A stretch of 61,613 nt of DNA, the filler included, from Deltaproteobacteria bacterium (GTDB taxonomy: Bacteria > Myxococcota > JACRCW01): assembly GCA_016218805.1 (NCBI GenBank). It is 3 parts of 3 records of this genome, joined end to end, with 100 filler letters (N's around TTAATTAATTAA, not from the genome) between each part and the next. Parts side by side here need not be neighbours in the genome. Positions count along the whole stretch, not along the records: positions 47,379 to 61,613 come from JACRCW010000047.1; 2 more parts are not named here. One strand, written 5' to 3'. The position numbers and the translations under genes were made by a program. Position 1 is the stretch's first letter; the number at the start of each line of letters is the position of its first letter. The notes under the pieces are model-generated. The model was given only the letters and a program-made list of their open reading frames with translations. It was not told the DNA's origin and did no database searches. Below are positions 56,069-61,613 of this stretch, in pieces.

Positions 56069-57201
56069 GACGTGCCTCCCTTGTCCCCGGCCAACACCTG
56101 TACGCGGTCACCATCCAGCGCCGGGGCCGGCCGCGCGTAATCCGGTTGATACCCGCTGATCTTCAGCGGCGTGACGGGCAGCTCCACCGTGCCGCTGCCG
56201 GGCTGCTCCACGCGCACCGTCAACCCGCGCCGGGACAGTGTGCGGTCGGTGCGGTGCGCGGTCGCCGTGGGCTGCGCCACCTCCACGCAGCAGTCCTGCG
56301 CGTCAAAGAACGCGCGCCATTGTTCCGCCGTGCGCCCGCGGAACATGGTCTCCAGCTCCGCCACCACGCGCGCGCCCGCTTCGCCGTGGTCCAGGCCCTT
56401 GTCCACCAGGTCCCCGCGGCCAATGGCGCTGCAGAACGCTTCCCAGAATTTCGGTTCCAACGCGCCCACGCTCACCGGCACACCGTCTGACGACAGATAC
56501 ACGCGGTAACAGGGAATGCCGCCGTTGAGCGTGTCCCCCGCCGGCGTGAGCGGCTGCCCGCCCGCCGTGGCGCACGCCAATGACATGGTGAGGAAACTCC
56601 ACGCGCCGTCCGTCATGCTCACGTCCAGCCACGCGCCCTCGCCCGTCTGCTCCTGCCGGCGCAGCGCCGCCAGGATCTGCACCACCGCCCACAGGCTGCC
56701 CCCGCCAATGTCCGCCACCTGGATGGCCGGCTGGCTGCCTGGCGTGCCGTACGCCAGCAGCCCCGCGCGGGCCACGTAGTTGAGGTCATGCCCCGCGCGC
56801 GGCGCGTCCGGACCGTCCTGCCCGTACCCGGAGATGCTGCACAGGATGATGGACGGGTTCACCGCGCGCAGCGCGTGGAAACCCACGCCCAGCTTGTCCA
56901 TCACGCCGGGCCGGAAGCTCTCCACCACCACGTGCGCGCGCGCCACCAGCACCTTGAAGGCCTCCACGTCCGCCGGCACCTTGAGGTCCAGCGCCACGGA
57001 ACGCTTGCCGCGGTTGAGCGCCAGGAACATTGCGGAATGCGCGCCCGCCATGGGCGGCATCCACCGCAGGTAGTCACCCCCGCGCGGGTCCTCCACCTTG
57101 ATGACGTCGCCACCCAGGTCACCCAGCACCTGCGTGGCGTACGGCCCGGGCAGCAGCCGCGACAGGTCCAGCACGGTGATGCCGTGAAGCGGCGCGCGCA
57201 T
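56065..57201 (-). CDS. CaiB/BaiF family III CoA-transferase (AMACR-like)
   Basis: VLDLSRLLPGPYAT..L.DLG.DVIKVE, NRGKRS..LDLK, ESFRPGVM, SISGYGQ.GP, AGHDLNY. Confidence 0.93.
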   Translation of the reverse strand: MRAPLHGITVLDLSRLLPGPYATQVLGDLGGDVIKVEDPRGGDYLRWMPPMAGAHSAMFLALNRGKRSVALDLKVPADVEAFKVLVARAHVVVESFRPGVMDKLGVGFHALRAVNPSIILCSISGYGQDGPDAPRAGHDLNYVARAGLLAYGTPGSQPAIQVADIGGGSLWAVVQILAALRRQEQTGEGAWLDVSMTDGAWSFLTMSLACATAGGQPLTPAGDTLNGGIPCYRVYLSSDGVPVSVGALEPKFWEAFCSAIGRGDLVDKGLDHGEAGARVVAELETMFRGRTAEQWRAFFDAQDCCVEVAQPTATAHRTDRTLSRRGLTVRVEQPGSGTVELPVTPLKISGYQPDYARPAPALDGDRVQVLAGDKGGTS

Positions 57202-57350
57202 TCCGCAACTCCCGTTCCGTCTGAAAGCCCGCGCTCTTTGCCCCGGCGCGCCCCGCGCTGTCAAAACCTGCACCACGCGTGGGCGGGTTGAACCGCACCG
57301 CAGCGCCCGCTAACCGTGCGCGCTCGCCGGAGGTGGACCGCGTGCGCTGG

Positions 57351-58397
57351 ATGCTCCGCGTCGTGTTGCTGCTGGTCGGTGGCGCGTGCACCGCCTGTCC
57401 CCCCAAGGCCGGCCGCACCTTCGCCACCGGGGCCGCCACCTACTGTGCGCCGGGCCAGTGCTGCGCCTCGTCAGATTGCCCCGCCGGCCAGTGCTGCCGC
57501 GAAGACAAGCTGTGCCACCCCTGCTGCCGCACCAACCTGGACTGCCACGCCGGGCAGTGCTGCGGCGCGGACGGGGAATGCGGCCTCTGCGGGTGTACGG
57601 GTTCACAGGATTGCACGGCGGGTCAGTGCTGCAACAACGGCCAGTGCGGCGCGTGCGCGTGCACCGGCAACGCGGACTGCCACGCTGGTGCCTGCTGCAA
57701 CGGGGCGGGCCAGTGCACCACCTGCGGCTGCCGCTCCAATGCGGATTGCACCGCCGGGCAGTGCTGCGGTGCGGATGGGACCTGCGGGACCTGCCCGTGC
57801 CGCGGCAACGGGGACTGCACCGCCGGCCAGTGCTGTGGCGCCAGCGGACAATGCGGCCTGTGCGGTTGCACCGGCGCCGGGGACTGCCGGGCGGGCCAAT
57901 GCTGCCTGTCAGATGGGACCTGCGGGCCCTGCGGCTGCACGGGCAGCGCGGACTGCACGGCCGGACAGTGCTGTGGCGGGGACGGGCGCTGCGGCGCGTG
58001 TCCCTGCACATCCAACGGGGACTGCACCGCGGGGTCCTGCTGCAAGCCGGATGGGCGCTGCGGCGAATGCGGCTGCACGGGCAACGGCGACTGCACGGCG
58101 GGCAAGTGCTGCGGGAATGATGAGCGCTGCGGCGTGTGCCCGTGCCGGGGCAACGGGGACTGTTCCGCGGGGTCCTGCTGCGCGCCGGATGGGCGCTGCG
58201 GGGTGTGCCCGTGCCAGGGCAATGGGGACTGCAACGCCGGCGAATGCTGCCGCTCTGACGGGACCTGCGGTGAATGCCCGTGTTCCGGGTCCTTGGACTG
58301 CCGGGCGGGAGAGTGCTGCGGTCCGGACGGCCATTGCGGCGTGTGCCCGTGCCAGAGCAGCGGGGACTGCATGGCGGGAAGCGTTTGCTGCAGGTAA
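57351..58397 (+). CDS. Cys-rich tandem-repeat lipoprotein (~13.5 x 23-aa repeats)
   Basis: Lipobox VGGAC; repeat C-x-G-N-x-D-C-x-A-G-x-C-C-x-x-D-G-x-C-G-x-C-x; start uncertain (57342 or 57351). Confidence 0.85.
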   Translation: MLRVVLLLVGGACTACPPKAGRTFATGAATYCAPGQCCASSDCPAGQCCREDKLCHPCCRTNLDCHAGQCCGADGECGLCGCTGSQDCTAGQCCNNGQCGACACTGNADCHAGACCNGAGQCTTCGCRSNADCTAGQCCGADGTCGTCPCRGNGDCTAGQCCGASGQCGLCGCTGAGDCRAGQCCLSDGTCGPCGCTGSADCTAGQCCGGDGRCGACPCTSNGDCTAGSCCKPDGRCGECGCTGNGDCTAGKCCGNDERCGVCPCRGNGDCSAGSCCAPDGRCGVCPCQGNGDCNAGECCRSDGTCGECPCSGSLDCRAGECCGPDGHCGVCPCQSSGDCMAGSVCCR

Positions 58398-58447
58398 GGA
58401 GGCCGCCGGCCTGGTTGCCGGGCCGGGGCATGGCATGGAGGCGTTGC

Positions 58448-59947
58448 ATGTGGACACGGACGGTGGCCTGGGGACTGCTGGCGGGCGCGGCCTGCCTGGC
58501 GGGCGGATGCTCCGGGAAGGGCAGCAGCGGTGGCAGCGGCGGCGGCTCGGGCAGCAGCAGTTCGTCGTCAGGCTTTGTGGGCCCGCAGGCCGGGGAGACC
58601 GGGTCACCGTGTGCGCGCAACTCAGAATGTGACAGCGCGCTGTGCCTGGCCGCCGGGCGCTGCACCCGCAGTTGCACCAACACACCGGAGTGCCCCACCG
58701 CCTGGGTGTGTGACGCACTGCAGGGAGCCGGCCGCCTGTGCCAGTGCACCCCCACGTTGGATGAAACCGAATTGTGCGACGGCCTGGACAACAACTGCAA
58801 CGCCACGGTGGACGAGAACGCCACCTGCGCCGACGGCAAGGTCTGCCAGGACGGGGAATGCCGTTGCCCCCCGGAGCGTTCGTGCAACGGGCAGTGCGTG
58901 GACCTCACCCGCGACACCGCCCATTGCGGCCGCTGCAACAACCCGTGCGGGTCGGGCCGCACCTGCACCGACGGTGAGTGCGTGCTGGACTGCGGCTCCC
59001 AGACGCCGTGCGGCAACACCTGCGTGGACACGCAGACCAGCACGTTGCATTGCGGCCGGTGTGACAATCCCTGCGGCGCTGGGGGAACCTGCTCGCAGGG
59101 AGCCTGCCAGTGCAGCGGCAACACCACGCCGTGCGCCGGCGGCTGCGTGAACACGCTTACGGATGCGGCCCACTGCGGCGGGTGCGGCCGCCCGTGCACC
59201 GGCGGCGGCACCTGCACCAACGGGCAGTGCACCGGCGGCACCACCACGCTGTGCGCGGAGACCTGCCGGTTCGCCGGTGACAACGAATGTGATGACGGCG
59301 GAGCCGGCTCGGTCACCGCCTTGTGCGACCTGGGGAGCGACTGCCACGACTGCGGCGCGCGCACGGTGGGGAGTTCCTCGGGTGGTTCCTCGTCGTCCTC
59401 CTCCAGCGGCGCGCCTGCGGCCATGGGGCAGCCGTGCACCGCCAACGGCCAGTGCGCAGACGGCACGTGCCTGACTGAACTGCGTGACGGGTGGCCGGGC
59501 GGCTACTGCACCAAGAGCTGCCAGGACCAGACCACCTGCGGGAGCACCGGGTTCTGCTCAGGGGATCTGGGCGTGTGCCTCCGCCGGTGCACCGGCAGCG
59601 GTGACTGCCGCTCTGACTACCCGTGCATGGACCCGGCCTGGTCCGGGACCACCACGTGTACCCCCTATGCCAATGGCACGGGCGACGTGGGAGCGCCTTG
59701 CACCACGTTCCGGGACTGCAAGGGCGGGTCGCTGGGGTATTGCGTGACGGAAACGCGGGGCTGGCCCGGCGGCTACTGCACCAGCGAATGCCAGGGCGGC
59801 AACCTGGTGTGCAACACCGGCCATTGCGTGCAGACGTCCATTGACCCCGGCTTCTGCGCCACCGATTGCACCAGCGCCGCCCAGTGCCGCACCGGGTACA
59901 GCTGCCGGAGCGCCAACTCGGATGCGGAACTGGAGTGCGTGCCCTGA
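58448..59947 (+). CDS. Cys-rich modular surface lipoprotein
   Basis: Lipobox LAGGC, Gly/Ser linker, ELCDGLDNNC...DE metal-binding motif, three CV(D/N)......HCG.C..PC (Stig1/MXAN_6577-like) repeats, CDDGG module, two WPGGYC repeats. Confidence 0.87.
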   Translation: MWTRTVAWGLLAGAACLAGGCSGKGSSGGSGGGSGSSSSSSGFVGPQAGETGSPCARNSECDSALCLAAGRCTRSCTNTPECPTAWVCDALQGAGRLCQCTPTLDETELCDGLDNNCNATVDENATCADGKVCQDGECRCPPERSCNGQCVDLTRDTAHCGRCNNPCGSGRTCTDGECVLDCGSQTPCGNTCVDTQTSTLHCGRCDNPCGAGGTCSQGACQCSGNTTPCAGGCVNTLTDAAHCGGCGRPCTGGGTCTNGQCTGGTTTLCAETCRFAGDNECDDGGAGSVTALCDLGSDCHDCGARTVGSSSGGSSSSSSSGAPAAMGQPCTANGQCADGTCLTELRDGWPGGYCTKSCQDQTTCGSTGFCSGDLGVCLRRCTGSGDCRSDYPCMDPAWSGTTTCTPYANGTGDVGAPCTTFRDCKGGSLGYCVTETRGWPGGYCTSECQGGNLVCNTGHCVQTSIDPGFCATDCTSAAQCRTGYSCRSANSDAELECVP

Positions 59948-60024
59948 TTGAGTGGACGCCGTGACGCAGCGGCGGCTGGCCGCGTGCAACGGGTCCGGCC
60001 GGGCGTCACCCAACCGCGGGCGGG

Positions 60025-60366
60025 TCAGCCCGGCTTCAACAGCGACTGCAGCTTCATGGCCAGGCCCATGTCACCCTGGACCTTCAGCTTGCCGCTCATG
60101 AACGCCATCTGCGGGTTGAGCTTCTGCAGGAGGATGTCCTTCCACTCCTTGTCGCCCACGGTGATGGTGCACTTGGCGTTGCCCGCCACACCCTCGCCGC
60201 TCCAGTCCTTCTCCCGCGTCAGGTCGATGAAATAGTCACCGGCCTCCGCCCCCGTGATCTTGAACTGATAGCAGGCGTTGATCTTCTTCGCCTTGTCCGG
60301 CGTCAGGTTCTCGGGAATCTTGTTGGCGAAAATTTCCTTGATGGTCGGAAGCGCCTCGTCGGCCAT
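60025..60366 (-). CDS. SCP2 sterol/lipid-binding domain protein
   Basis: YQFKITG...G, CTI, LNPQMAFMSGKLKVQGDMGLAMKL. Confidence 0.93.
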   Translation of the reverse strand: MADEALPTIKEIFANKIPENLTPDKAKKINACYQFKITGAEAGDYFIDLTREKDWSGEGVAGNAKCTITVGDKEWKDILLQKLNPQMAFMSGKLKVQGDMGLAMKLQSLLKPG

Positions 60367-60383
60367 GGCCTCTCCTGTGGGGT

Positions 60384-60401
60384 ATTGACTCGGGAGTCAA
60401 T
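60384..60401. promoter_or_regulatory. palindromic operator upstream of the SCP2 gene
   Basis: ATTGACT-CGGG-AGTCAAT perfect 7-bp inverted repeat ~18 bp upstream of the start codon. Confidence 0.6.
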
Positions 60402-60507
60402 GCGTGGAATTGCGGGCAACCTACGAATCGCCCCGGAGCGTGTCAAGCGTGACGCCGCGCGCCGTGCGCGTGCGGGTGCACGGAAGTGACATGCGCGTCA
60501 ACGGGGG

Positions 60508-61215
60508 TCATTCGCTGCGGCAGAGGTCCAGCAGGTCACGGATGCCGTCACGGATTTCATCCAGCAGCGCGTGGTCCACCTGCGCCAGCGCCAGGGACAA
60601 TTGTTCCGCGCGCTGCGGCGTGAGGGACGGCAGCCCCACGCTGTGGGGTGGCGAGCTGGCCGCGTGATGCAGCACGGCCACGGCCACGGGCGCGGCGGGC
60701 GGCGGCGGGCTGGCGGAGGGGATGTCCACCTCCGCCGGTGGCGGGCGGGAGAGGTGGCCCACGGCGGTCCCCGCGGACAGCGCCGCCACGGCATCCAGCA
60801 CGGGCAGCGGCTCCAACTCGGTGGGGCTGCGGCCGCCCAGGCGCGCTTCATCAATTTCCCGCAGCGCCTTGCGCGCACCGGCAATGGTGAACTGCTGCTC
60901 GTAGAGCAGGTGGCGGATGTCCAGCAGGACTTCCACTTCGCGGCGGCGGTACAGGCGCTGGCCGCTGCGGGACTTCTGCGGGCGCACCTGCGGGAACTCC
61001 GTCTCCCAGTAGCGCAGCACGTACGGCTTGACGCCCAGCAGCGTGGCCACCTCACCAATGCGGAAGTAGCGCCGGTCCGGCAACTCCGCCGCCGTCCGCA
61101 CTGGTCCCGCGCCCCCCACCAGACCCGGCAGCGTGGAGCGGCCGGCCTCGGCGGCCGGGCTGCTCTGCACGGCAACGCCCGGCGCGGGGCCCCTACGTGG
61201 TGTTGGTGAGGTCAA
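60508..61215 (-). CDS. MerR-family regulator (ihfA-associated type)
   Basis: [29 protein letters not shown]...P.K..SGQRLY...I..LLY...FTIAGARK; conserved position after ihfA. Confidence 0.92.
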   Translation of the reverse strand: MTSPTPRRGPAPGVAVQSSPAAEAGRSTLPGLVGGAGPVRTAAELPDRRYFRIGEVATLLGVKPYVLRYWETEFPQVRPQKSRSGQRLYRRREVEVLLDIRHLLYEQQFTIAGARKALREIDEARLGGRSPTELEPLPVLDAVAALSAGTAVGHLSRPPPAEVDIPSASPPPPAAPVAVAVLHHAASSPPHSVGLPSLTPQRAEQLSLALAQVDHALLDEIRDGIRDLLDLCRSE

Positions 61216-61277
61216 GGCGCCTCCCGCGATCCCGGACTACCGCTGCCCTGCCATGCGACGAACAACGACGACGACGA

Positions 61278-61553
61278 TCAGCCGTTCAGCGCGCTCTTGA
61301 GCACCTGCGACGGCTTGAAGGTCAACACGCGGCGCGCGGAAATCTCGATCTCCTCGCCGGTCTGGGGATTGCGGCCGATGCGGGGCCGCTTCTCACGCAC
61401 CACAAAATTGCCGAAGCCGGAAATCTTGATCTTCTGGCCGCGCTCCAGCGTCTCCTTCATGGTGTCAAACACCAGCTCCACAATCTCCGCGGAGTCCCGC
61501 TTGGAGAAGCCGATCTTTTCGTTGACGGCCTTGATGATTTCAGCCTTGGTCAT
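61278..61553 (-). CDS. ihfA: integration host factor subunit alpha
   Basis: MTKAEI, IKISGFGNF.VREK..R.GRNPQTGEEIEISARRVLTFKPSQ.LK. Confidence 0.96.
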   Translation of the reverse strand: MTKAEIIKAVNEKIGFSKRDSAEIVELVFDTMKETLERGQKIKISGFGNFVVREKRPRIGRNPQTGEEIEISARRVLTFKPSQVLKSALNG

Positions 61554-61613
61554 GGTGCGCTGCCTCTTCACAGGTTCCGCGGTGGGGCGGGAAACATCCG
61601 GCCCCGGACCACA

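Noticed and set aside
57440..58390. 69-bp periodic DNA repeats resembling a CRISPR array
   Set aside because: The period is a multiple of 3 with synonymous variation and no unique spacers; it is the coding Cys-rich repeat.

Overview
High-GC bacterial sequence, most likely Myxococcota/deltaproteobacterial (inferred from gene content and GC-TM-RRR motifs). It is three contigs joined by artificial N-TTAATTAATTAA-N linkers (1-21180, 21281-47278, 47379-61613), so gene order across the linkers is not evidence of synteny. Contig 1 is mostly housekeeping: tRNA-Val(GAC), thrS, scpA-scpB-rluB, valS, phaC, ybaK, two SDRs, FHA and PilZ-REC signalling genes and a partial rnpB. It also has a tandem DUF559 cassette flanked by REP-like hairpins at the thrS 3' end and a frameshifted Uma2 nuclease. 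Contig 2 carries an ~20 kb multiheme cytochrome locus: four c-type cytochromes with about 51 heme-binding motifs, ResB/CcsA maturation genes, a B12-radical SAM enzyme and an NrfJ-like lipoprotein, followed by decayed IS91/integrase/IS21 pieces. Contig 3 has lipid and central-metabolism genes, two Cys-rich lipoproteins, merR and ihfA. The most notable observation: both giant cytochrome ORFs read [signal peptide]-[NHL beta-propeller +/- PKD stalk]-[INTERNAL MYXO-CTERM-like Cys/TM/Arg-cluster]-[second signal peptide with AxA site]-[multiheme cytochrome starting xDAPHD]. This suggests signal-peptidase/myxosortase-processed polyproteins that co-produce a surface-anchored propeller and a released multiheme cytochrome. 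The motifs are seen directly; the processing model is inference.
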